NCBI GenBank assembly: GCA_964016885.1
Contig: OZ024743.1
Location: 110,732,001-110,796,000, forward strand
Source: Eledone cirrhosa
Taxonomy: Eukaryota
DNA: 64,000 bases
Reading direction: 5' to 3'
In this document: positions 13,557 through 25,286 of the stretch, piece by piece
Numbering within the stretch: the stretch's first letter is position 1
How the letters are laid out: each line of letters begins with the position of its first letter
Translations under genes and position numbers: made by a program
Notes under the pieces: generated by a model
The model's input: only the letters and a program-made list of their open reading frames with translations
Told to the model about the DNA's origin: nothing
The model's database searches: none

Positions 13557-14963
13557 TTCACTAAGCTTCTTCTTCTTCTTCTTCTTCTTCTTCTTCTTCT
13601 TCTTCTTCTTCTTCTTCTTCTTCTTCTTCTTCTTCTTCTTCTTCTTCTTCTTCTTCTTCTTCTTCTTCTTCTTCTTCTTTTTCTTCTTCTTCTTGAGAGG
13701 GTCGTGGGACAAGAGTCCTGAAACGATCCTTCCAGCGGGCCCTGTCAGAAGCAACTGACTGCAACAGATACAAATGCATCCGCAAGCGAGACCAGTTGAT
13801 CTTATGAATGCTGTGCCTCTATCTTGCATGTGGCCTACCCATAGGCTTCCTACCGGAGGAACGTCCAGTAATATCTGTCCAGCGATCATTTTCTGATAGA
13901 TTCTAACCCCATGTCAATATTATCAGAGCTTCGATATCCCAATTCGGAGATGTATCGGCTGTAACTGGCGTGAGTCTCTGATCACCGAGTTACGCACTTT
14001 ATCGAATAACGTTACACCAAAGACCCTTTGAAGGCACCCCATTTCGGCCGCTTCTATTCGCAATCGTATTATTTCGGCCATTACTCAAGATTCATGACCA
14101 TAGTTAAGGGTTGGCCCGAATACCGAATTGAAAACAGCGAAGTGGGCTTTTACGTGTGCCACCCTTCTGATTAGGTAATGTTGAAGATTTTACAATTCCT
14201 ACATTTAATTCAGCCTCCTTTAATCAATCACCCGTGAATACGGCCCGAGATACATGACATGCTATACTTGCTTCAGTGGACACGTTTCCTTGAGAAGACG
14301 AGCGTCTCAGTGTCCACAGAACTAATTTAAATAAAGAGAGACGAGTAAGATTGTTCCAATTAAAGTTGGATATCCTTGCTAAGCCTCCCCGGTAAAATAT
14401 ATTTTAAGTGTCTAGCAAAAATCATGCAGGGAGGTTTCGAGTCCAAGCTAGTTAAGGAACAGTGTAGGTATTCGCCTCGAACGCAGCAAAGACTACAAAA
14501 TATTCACTCTGTGGCATGTATTCGAGACGTCATGGGATTATTACCAACAGGTATATTCTTTTTTTGCTGACCTTTAAAAGGCATATGACCGCGTTACTCG
14601 GGACATGCTGTGCATGGTTGTCCAGGAGTATGGGATCGATGGTCAGCCTTTTGCTGCCCTGATGTCTCTGCATGAATGCCCTTGTAATTTTTTTCGGATA
14701 AATTGGGTTAAAATCGAATCGATTAAATGTGGGATTCGGAACCCCCAAGTATGCGTACTTTCACCTCTCCTGTTCTTTATTTATACGAACACATTTGACA
14801 TGCGCCGCCGGGTTGTAATTGGTATCATGACTCTCGGGTATAAAATAAGTTGGCTGGAATTTCAAAATTACATGGTGTTACTTAACTCGACTGCTGGTGA
14901 TATCTGACTTGCACTCGATGCGTTTAATGCCGAGTGCTGCATGGCTCAAATGAAATTCACTAA
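13557..14963 (-). mobile_element. RTE-clade (Expander/Rex3-like) LINE insertion with (GAA)n tail and inverted 5' segment
   Basis: Minus 14312-13696: TETLVFSRK...PTLNYGHES*VMAEIIRLRIEAAEMG...ASDRARWKDRFRTLVPRP, then (GAA)n 13566-13695. Plus 14350-14960: LLSLPGKIY...AYDRVTRDML..QEYGIDG...CVLSPLLFFIY...LDAFNAECCMAQMKF. Candidate TSD TTCACTAA at 13557-13564 and 14956-14963. Confidence 0.85.
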
Positions 14964-16160
14964 TTTAAATAATATAACTTTGACCAACACTGAACATGGT
15001 TATCAATATGCCAACGATGAAGCATTTGTATTTGTTTGCCCTATATACAGGAAATATAAACCGAATATCATTCAATTCAAATACATCGCTCTCAAGAATG
15101 TAAACATATTTCACGATATAGTTATAGATACCACAATAACAGACAGATGTTGATTAAATTACTTTTGGCCATATGCCTGATCAAATAAATCTAAACAGAA
15201 GCTAAACGACGATCTAGTTGTTGCTGGTAACAATAAGTTTGATACTGATGCATATACACCATGAAATTAAATTAACACATATCGTGATAGAAAAGAGTAT
15301 AAATGTGTCTCATTAGATTATTAAGCTGATAGTGTATAATAAAAAAACAACTAAAACTAAATATGAAATACTATAGCCTTAGTTACGCTATAGTTCACAA
15401 AACCAGACTGAATATTGCGATGATTATTTCATTCCATCAATAATTGTTGATATAATTGGAAATAATATGAATCAAATTTAACTCTCCCTCTTGACTTAAC
15501 AGCAGAACAAGGCTACTTTATGATGAATTCAGCAATAGAAGCTAAGCGATTAAATGTTATCAATACGATATTTATTCTTTAGTCTCCTTTGACGAAGGCA
15601 ACGGATTGACAGTAACGTTAGGGCAAAATATTAAACCTGATTTGATATTTGTTCCCACTCATCGGCCTCTGATTTCATATCACTGTTTCCTGTCATCCTT
15701 TTGAGGTCGATAGTACCAGACATTCCTTTGTGTTAGTTCTCTATTTCTCTGAATGGAATTTGCTATTTTCCTATATAGAGAGGAATTTTCACTGCAAGGT
15801 TTAAGATATCCAGGACTCGTCATGTATCTGGATGGTACACAAAAAAGTACCATGAAACATATTTTATACATTTTGTTCCACGTTGAGGATTTTAATTCAC
15901 GTGTGTATCATAATACTGACCGGTTAAATGCTTCGAATAGGAACTGAATTAATAAAATTATAAAACGATGATTTAGACCAGTGCTTCTCAACCTTTTTCA
16001 GCCCATGGACCAATTTTCCTCAAAATATTCCAATGGACCACTCTTACTTTTACTTTTAAGCTGTTCCATGTTCACACTAAAATACTTAATGAAAAGACAA
16101 AATAGTCTATTTACACTTTAAAATTTATTTTAGTAAACAAGGATAAACAAAGGATATCAA

Positions 16161-16353
16161 AATCAATGTTGATGAAGTCATTCAGTTTTATATCATTCAG
16201 CTAGTGACTACCTTGTCTTTGGTGTTTCTGACACAATATATCATAATCAATTTTGATGAAGTCATTCACTTGTATATCATTCAGCTAGTGACTACCTTGA
16301 TCATGGAGTTCCTGACACAAGATATCATAATCAATTTTGATGAAGTTATTCAG
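16161..16353. repeat. 84-bp tandem repeat (~2.3 copies) spanning the transposase stop codon
   Basis: CTAGTGACTACCTTG at 16201 and 16285; AATCAAT(G/T)TTGATGAAGT three times. Confidence 0.9.
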
Positions 16354-18076
16354 TCTTAGTCTGATAGTTCCTCTGCTGTTGAGATATAATTTATTTATTT
16401 TTATACAGAAAACATTCACAGCAGCTGAAAATCCAGATTCCACCATCCAAGTGGTAGGGAAAGAGATAATGCTTGCCTCTACATGTTGAAAAATACTTGG
16501 GTGTGAGTCCTTTATCGATATGTAGACAAAGACACCTTCTTTGTCAGTTCTTTTTCTCAGTTTTTCATTCTCTTTCAAGTCCAACAATATTTCAGCGAAC
16601 TCAACATTTTCATCTCTTGGCTCATAAATTTCTAGATCTACAAACCAGAGTGGGTAATCCATCTTTAATAGATCAGTGAATCTTTTCTCAAAGTCTACAC
16701 GAAGACCTTCAAGAAGACTAATGCATGCAGCAATATATACTGATGTAAGAGTAGTGGTGTTGAAATGTTGAATTGATGCTAAATTTCTTTTCTTAAACTG
16801 TTTTTTCCCAAATTTCAATTTCCCCATATAGCCTCTTATCTTCTGAGCACAGATGACTAAATCTGATCTTCTTCCTTGTAGCTCCAAGTTAAGCAGATTC
16901 ACTGTTTCAAAAATATCACTCAGGTAGAATATATTTGAGTTAAACTCAGGAAGTCTTTCCAAAATTTCCTTAGCTGTATCAGCTTGCTTCTTGGAGTTAT
17001 AATGAGTCATTTGGGACTTGAACATGAGAAAGTTGATTAATGATTCCCACAAATTTACTAGTCTTTCAAGGCTCAGGCTTTTGACAACCATCTTACTTCT
17101 GTGTGAAGCAATAGTGTTTTAAAATTTTCATCTTCACAGAATTGCACAAAAAAATCTATTCTTCACCGAGTTTGATTTGACAAAGTTAATTGCATGTATG
17201 GCAATGTCGAGTGCTTCTTGCATGTCTCCTCCAATATTCATAGCAACCAAATGCTGTCTGTGGATAATGCAATGTATATAAAAGATGTGAGGATCAACTG
17301 ATTTCATTCTAGAAACAAAGCCTTTCACTTTTCCAGTCATGGCTGTAGATCCATCTGATGCAATGTTGATCAAATTAGTCAATGGAATATTTTTATCCTT
17401 AAAATACTGCATTACTTCATTGAATATATCTTCTCCATTAGTAGTTTCAGGCAAACTTTTAATGAATAACATTTCTTCCCCCATATATTCTTCATGGATG
17501 AATCTGACAAGGACCAGAAGGATAGCTTGGTTATGAATTGTGCTCTCATCAACCTGGATAGAAAACTTTGTCTTTTGCAGAATTTCCACCATCTTCTCCT
17601 CAACAAAATTAGACATTTCATTCTGTCTTCTTGCGATAGTGTCATTTGAAAGTGGAATTGTACTCAGGATAGATGCAGCATCTTTTACCAGAACCTCATT
17701 TGCACAAGCTATCATAGCAGGCTTGGCAAGCTTCTCACCATAAACCTGAGGTGTTGCAAACTTGGCAATCATTTCAGAGACCAAATAACTTGGTTTGAGT
17801 GTCTTTGCTTTTGCAATATTCGTCTTCTTTACAAAGTCGGATAGTTTCACTGGTTTTCTTTTATTTGTTATTCTCAAAATATTCCCTATCCTTACCAACA
17901 GATGAAGGATGCTTTGACTTCTGGTGCTGCTCCATCTTAACTTTCTTCATGGAATGATTTGTCAAGATGGCACCACATTCAAGACACATAGGTCTTGAGT
18001 CTACACATACAAAACCAAACATGATAACATCTGTCGAATTCCTCAGTTTTGCCTTTTTAGCAGTTGGTTCAGACAT
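16285..18076 (-). pseudogene. Buster-type hAT transposase (ZBED5/SCAND3-like), split by frameshifts
   Basis: ORFs 17861..18076 (BED finger CLEC...HQKSKH), 17134..17898 (QVDEST, ASDGS, CIIHR) and 16285..17091 (MVESGFS, dimerisation region) supply the DDE and CxxH motifs. Confidence 0.93.
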
Positions 18077-18802
18077 TCTTACAACTGATATGAAAAAAAA
18101 ATATAAATAAATACTTTATTTCTATAAATTAGAAATATCAAATTTATTATCAAACATTATTGTGTAGTGATGTATTAGCATAAATATAATTGTGTTGGAC
18201 CTTGTGGCGGATATATGTACCGAGTCTTTGCTATTCTCTTGAATATCTTACTATAATTTGCCAAATGTCCGGCTGTCTGTCCGTTTTAGTTATCAACGAA
18301 GAAGATTTCACGGTACGTACATTCGTTACAAGTACCATTGTTTATATGAATAAGAAAATAAAATAGATATAGCACTGCATAATACCTACGTAATTTCGAA
18401 ATTTTAAAATATAATGGACATGTGTGTAATTAAACAAAATATTATATTAGTTACATTTTTGTGAAATGGCTACAATTTTGTTATGACTTTGAATTCTCTG
18501 TGGACTACTAGAAATGCTATGTGGACGACCGGTGGTCCACCTGGACCACGTTGAGAATCACTGATTTAGACGTCTAGAATATTAACAGATCTTATTAAAT
18601 CGAATTTTTAAAAAAGTAAGTTCCTTTAAAGAATTGAAAACAAGTCAGAGAAAATTAGCTGATATAATAAAAACACTATTATATAATGTAGATATAGAAG
18701 GCGACAGACTTTTGTAGAAATGACTAACATGCCTTATGCGCATACAGTTAAATTAATGTTCCTTTAACATTGTGTTGAATGAAATAATGGTTACTTATAT
18801 AA

Positions 18803-18878
18803 GAACAAGGCCAGCAACGTTGCATAATGGGAATGTCGATTACATCGACCCAACTGCGTGACTGGTACTTTATTTTGT
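18803..18878 (-). mobile_element. SINE 3' fragment
   Basis: ACAAGGCCAGCAA...ACTGGTACTTTATTTT, reverse complement of the family tail. Confidence 0.65.
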
Positions 18879-19155
18879 CAATGTGTTGAATGAAATAATG
18901 ATAACGTCCTAACATTGTGAAATCTCCATCTAGATTCAGATTTGCAGTAGAAACATATACAGATAAGGAGTGATATACTGATTAGAATGAAGAACATGGA
19001 AAACGATGCTTGTTTTATATCTCATCAAGTAAGACTTTCAGAAGTTCTGTTTGATAAGCTGCACTTTCATAAATAGTCAATTAACTACACTGATTTGATT
19101 CGATATCACTATGACACTGGTGGCAGAATTATTTTTTTTTATGCAGGAAACAGGA

Positions 19156-19650
<495 letters not shown>

Positions 19651-19679
19651 ATTTATTTTTATTTTATTGTTTAGAAGGA

Positions 19680-19728
19680 GCTACTACAGGACTAGTACTG
19701 TTTCATTCAGATGAAATCTTCAGGAAGC
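19680..19728 (-). ncRNA. Type I hammerhead ribozyme
   Basis: Minus strand GCTTC CTGAAGA tTTCA tc TGAAt GAAA CAG tACTAGTc CTG TA GTAGC; helix I 4/5, helix III CAG/CTG with palindromic ACTAGT loop. Confidence 0.65.
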
Positions 19729-20220
19729 AGGGTGTCATATTACGTTCTGGTATTTATACATTTAGGTAGTGGTAAGAGTGGGGTGGTAGCTGGGGGCGGG
19801 GTAGGATGGTATTTAGATACACAGGACCACAACATGGCACAGGCCGTTTTTTCTTTGAGGGGTGGTCAATTAGCCAGAGTGCTTTAATGAAAAAATAAAT
19901 AAGTAAATAAATAAATAAATAAATGAATAAATAGATAAATGAATAAATAAATCAAAAATAAATAAATAAAAACCCCAAGAATAGAAATCCAACAGATATA
20001 TAGTAGGGACATTTTTTTTTTTTTTTTTTTTTAGGTGGGTTGGTAATAGAAGATAAACAAGACCGAATCATGGCACAGACTGAGGTGAGTGGTCAAGTTA
20101 ACATACAAGCCACAGGTGGCCAGAGTGTTTTTGTAGAATGGAAAGAATAAAATATATTTACATACTCACAACACATACATAAACACTTACACACACATAT
20201 ATATATATGCATACCTATAA

Positions 20221-20271
<51 letters not shown>

Positions 20272-20309
20272 TTTTGCGAGGTTTTTTAAATAAATAAAAT
20301 AAGATAAAT

Positions 20310-20730
20310 AAATAAATAAATAAATAAATACATACACAAGAACAATAACAACAAGCACATACACACACACTAGTCACCCATCACACAGCAAACATAACAC
20401 TATACACACACGCAAACGCATGCGCAAAGAAGACGAAATAAAATAAACAAACAAGCAAATAAATAAATAAATATATAGACAGACTGAATAAAAATGACGT
20501 GGACATACAACACAACAGGAGGAAAATATAACACCACTAACGATGTTGCAGATGTGCAACGAAAGATTTATGATAAACTATATATATGTGTTTGTGTCTA
20601 TATTGTATCTGTATTATTTTTGACCGTCGGTCAGTCAATGGCAACATTGAGGACCGAGTAAGTTAGATTACCGATATAAAAGAGAGCGAGAAGCGAAAAC
20701 CAACCAAACAGTGACTGTGTTCTGTTATAC
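20310..20730 (+). mobile_element. Solo PLE pseudo-LTR, paralog of ~3000-3430
   Basis: Shared CACACGCAAACGCATGCGCAAAGAAGAC, GATGTTGCAGATGTGCAACGAAAGA and GAAGCGAAAACCAACCAAACAGTGA. Confidence 0.88.
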
Positions 20731-20965
20731 ACACACGAAAAAACACATACACAACAAATATACACACACACGCATACACATACACACACATATATCTACA
20801 CATACACACGTGCGTATACACATATATATATGCACACATACATGTATGTATGTCTCTCGGTATAAACTATACTATACATACATATACATACATATGCACA
20901 CGCACAAACACATACATACACACATATATACATATATACATATACACACATACGCACACATATAC

Positions 20966-21064
<99 letters not shown>

Positions 21065-21150
21065 CACATACACATATACAAGCACACACGCATACATACA
21101 CATACATACATACAAATAAGTACACATAAACACATATGCACAAACACGCA
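20730..21150. repeat. Degenerate (CA)/(TA) microsatellite field
   Basis: Directly visible. Confidence 0.95.
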
Positions 21151-21494
21151 CTCGTTCGAACATATACATGTGTCTATAATATAATGGGAAAAGGTAGTGG
21201 GACAAATTTTAAACTGGGCATGATAGAGGATTAAAATAATTAATATCACTACTAAGTTATTAATATTATCATCAAGTAATTAATTACTATTTATTATTTA
21301 CTATTTACCATTCACGATTCGTTACCTATCTTTTATCTTTTTTCTATTCATTACCTAATCATTCACTCATTAATTAATAAATAAATGAGTTAACTAACAA
21401 ACAAACAAACAAACAGATAAACAAATAAACAAGTAAATAAATAAATAAATATATAAATAAATAAATAAATAGATAAATAAATAAATAAAGTAAC

Positions 21495-21525
<31 letters not shown>

Positions 21526-24035
21526 ATATACAAATAAATAGATAAATAAATATCGAACGTGTGCGTGCAGCAGTTCATAACTGCACCTATGCAAACATGA
21601 GCATACGTGAATTTGTGTGTGCGGCCACGGAACCTCACTCCGAGGCATACAACACAATATATAAGACCTGGAGGGGAGGAAAGAAGGTAATAATGAGAGA
21701 TAGATGGGAGGAAAGAAGGTAATAATGAGAGATGGAGGGACGGAAGTGGGATGGGGGACGAGGGTGGGGTGGTAATACGGGGGGGGGGCAGTTATTTATT
21801 TATTCATTTATCTATTTATTCATTTATTTATTTATTTATTTATTTACTTATTTATTTATTTCAAAAAAGCACTCTGGCTAATTGACCACCCCCCAAAGAA
21901 AAAACGGCCTCTGCCATGTTGTGGTCCTGTGTATCTAAATACCATCCCATGTGTGTGTGTGTGTGTGTATATATGTGTGTGTATGTGTGTGTGTGCATGT
22001 TGTTAGTCTTTTCTAACCTACATATTAATCGTGAAACAATATATGAAAATATAATTGGCGTAACATATTTATTTTCAGCAACAATTAGATTTTCAGAGCA
22101 TAGAGGCAGAGGTATAATTATGATTTTAGATATAAGGACATGACACATTACCTGAAACGACCATATTGAATGTCCATTATAACAACTGATCAGTGGGATT
22201 TGAACAAATATGGCGTCCAAAATCAATCAAATGCAGAAGTATTTGAGATAGTCACATTATGATTTTTTTATGATTTACTATTATTTGTCACTGTTCCAAA
22301 TGTTGTCGGGTCATTCAGATTTATTCGTTTCAGCATCTTCTTATATATTAGTTCTGCGTAGAGTAAAGAAATGGATATTACTGATGACGTCACATAAAGT
22401 GTTTATATAATGCTTGTGCTATCGCATTCGTTTTATTATCTTCTTCTAAAATTGTAAAGAATGGAAATGTTAAAGAAGGAATGAAAAATCTATTTTAGTT
22501 ATCAATCATACACTAATTATTATTATAAAATGTCTTCGAAATCATTTCTTTCCAAGTAAATTGTAAAGTCATCAATTTCATAACTAAATTAAATACTCAG
22601 AATTCTATACTAACTGTGCTATTCTAACTGATTATATGTGAAAATCATATTATTTTAACAGGCAAAGATTCATGGAATCACAATCCTCCGGAAGACAACT
22701 TCAAATGACGTTCATAAAATCGATTTTAATACATGCTCGATAGTACGTAATATTTTCAATTTTGTTGGCGTTCATTTTTCCCGCTAGCAAAATATGCAGA
22801 AATGTTTTGACCAAGCTGTAGATTCGATTTCATATAGAAAGACACAAGATGCTATTTAGTAATACTATTACTTTAGAAATCTCTTTCATTCAAATTATAT
22901 ATATAAGTTATACATTTGGACTGACCGATGAATGTAAAATGACATCTAAAGTATGTTAATATGTCATAATTTGTGATATATAGAAAATACATGGATTAAC
23001 ACAAAATAAAAGTTAATAATTTGAGACTGAAAAGATCTCTCGCGTTCATACTAACATTACGTCAGGCTACTTGCTCAACTGCTTATGAAGGTGTGTATTT
23101 ATAATTTTCTTACAATAAATAGACGGATTCAATTCAGTCCAAGTTCAACAATCCTTAAATTCAATTTCATTTTTTTTTTAAATACTACTATTCTATAAGC
23201 TACTAATACGATTTAAGAGAAACATATTGAACGAAAGACACCAGTCATCGATTAAGAATATGTTTTCCATATACTGGTTTATGTCAAATATAATGATGAT
23301 TGCCTGTCACAAACTACCTTTATACGGATATATGTTTAAATAAATTGTTGCAGCTAATAGATATGGGTGTTTAATTAAACTCCGGCGATGTTACATCTCA
23401 CCAGTGCTACTTTGGCTTTTTTTAAGAACTGGACATCCTTTGCTATCATATATAAGTTGAGTTATAACCAGCTGGTTAAACTGCAATTCCCAAGAAATTG
23501 TTTCCCTGTACAATCCCTCAGCATGACAATTTGGCTAAGTTTTAATGTAGCTTTGATTTGACAAATGACTTCTAAATGGAATTGACTGGTAGAAGACCGT
23601 CATACATTCATCGATCCATGTATATATATATATATATATTTGTGTAGATGTATATTTGTCTAGAACTATGTAAAAACGTATGTATTTACGTACGTACATC
23701 TATGTAAAACCAGTGACAAAACAAGAAGCAAATCTAGAGTATTTGGAAATGAGAATATCGAAAAAGAGAACCAGGCTAAAATGAGTTCGGAGTTAAAAGA
23801 ATGATTCAATATTAAACCATATTCAACCATATATGCCGCGTTCAGCGAAATATTCTGCCTTGGATTTCTTTAAAAGCACTCACTAATTTTGTAATTATAT
23901 GGCATTATTAAAGATGTTTCGAGTGTATATAAATAATTACAGGATTAAAACTTCTGGCTACATTGCATTCGATATTTAACAACCATCCGCTATGTTATGC
24001 CTTCCGATTCCAAACGTTAGCAATACTGAAATATG

Positions 24036-24069
<34 letters not shown>

Positions 24070-25181
24070 AAAACAGAAAAACATATTTGCATGTATGGAT
24101 ATGTAAATCAAATCCCTTACGCACACGCAAACATGAATATACTTAAAGAAAGTTACATACATATGCATACTTTTGAACAGAAACTTGCACAACCTAGTTT
24201 TACATTAACTGAAGTGTAAATCATTTAATAATGCCTGCCTGTTGAAACAATTGTTCTGTAATAGTTTAACAAGAATGATCATGCCATATGGACACTAAAT
24301 TTTCTCTCAGATTGCCAGATTGCCTTCCCATATCCTAAGAATATTCTCTAAATCAGCGAGAATGAATCTTCTTATTAATGCAACAAAAACTTGGATATGC
24401 ATACCTGTAAGTTTATATATATATACTGATGTATGTATATCTTCTGATCTAACTACCAATCTCTCGCACCCACTTCTTATTTTATATCTTAATTAATTAG
24501 CAAGCCGAGCGCTAATTATATGCACATTAGTGGGTCCGTTTCAGATTAATGTAATTAGAGCGAGTGTGTATATAAACACACCAAATGTATTTTTCATTGT
24601 TTTTGTTTGAATAATTTACTCGCCTTTTGATGAAGGCCAATTAGGGATGAAAATCAATTTAAAGTGCCTATCATTTTTACAGATTACGTGGAAATTAGTA
24701 TTTTCTCCCAACCTTATACACATACATATTTCTCCCAACTTTATACACATACGTGTTGGTTTAGTCTCAGTTATCCACATTGTATTTATATAGAGTAGAT
24801 AACCTTTTCATTGCCTTCGATGGCCACTCATTCTTTTGAAATTAATATTCGAAAACCTTTGCCATGAAGACCTTTCTTTGAACCTTCATATTAATAGATG
24901 TTAACGCGGCTTGTTTATTACCCCTCCTACACACTTTAACACCTCGTTGTCTTTTCTATCTATGAGCTGGACTCTTATTCCCTAACTCTTCCTACTCTAT
25001 ATTTTTCAACTATATTTTTCAACTTCGTCAATGTGTCGACGGACTAGTTTCCTTTCGTTTATTCGTATCATTTAATTTTTATTATATTACATTTTTTTAT
25101 TTTGTTTTCCTCTTTAATTTTATAATTCACCAAGATGTATATTTGTCCTCTCTTTGTTCCTTTATGTTCCAGTATGAAGTA

Positions 25182-25286
<105 letters not shown>

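Larger units (their letters stand above)
15979..18563 (-). mobile_element. Full-length hAT (Buster/Charlie family) DNA transposon
   Basis: TIRs CAGTGCTTCTCAAC / GTTGAGAATCACTG (13/14 match); perfect 8-bp TSD ATTTAGAC (15971-15978, 18564-18571) fitting the Buster nnnTAnnn preference; internal transposase. Confidence 0.96.
19655..21948. mobile_element. PLE-like fold-back element (inverted arms ~19805-19950 and ~21790-21948) with nested repeats
   Basis: GATGGTATTTAGATACACAGGACCACAACATGGCA... vs ...TGCCATGTTGTGGTCCTGTGTATCTAAATACCATC; hammerhead at the left outer end next to (TA)n. Confidence 0.7.

Noticed and set aside
16161-16353. CRISPR-like repeat-spacer pattern
   Set aside because: The whole 84-bp unit is repeated, with no unique spacers and no cas genes, in a eukaryotic context.
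24620-25060. Possible PLE pseudo-LTR (TTGATGAAGG; GAAACTAGTC on minus)
   Set aside because: Core elements could not be assembled into a consistent fold.
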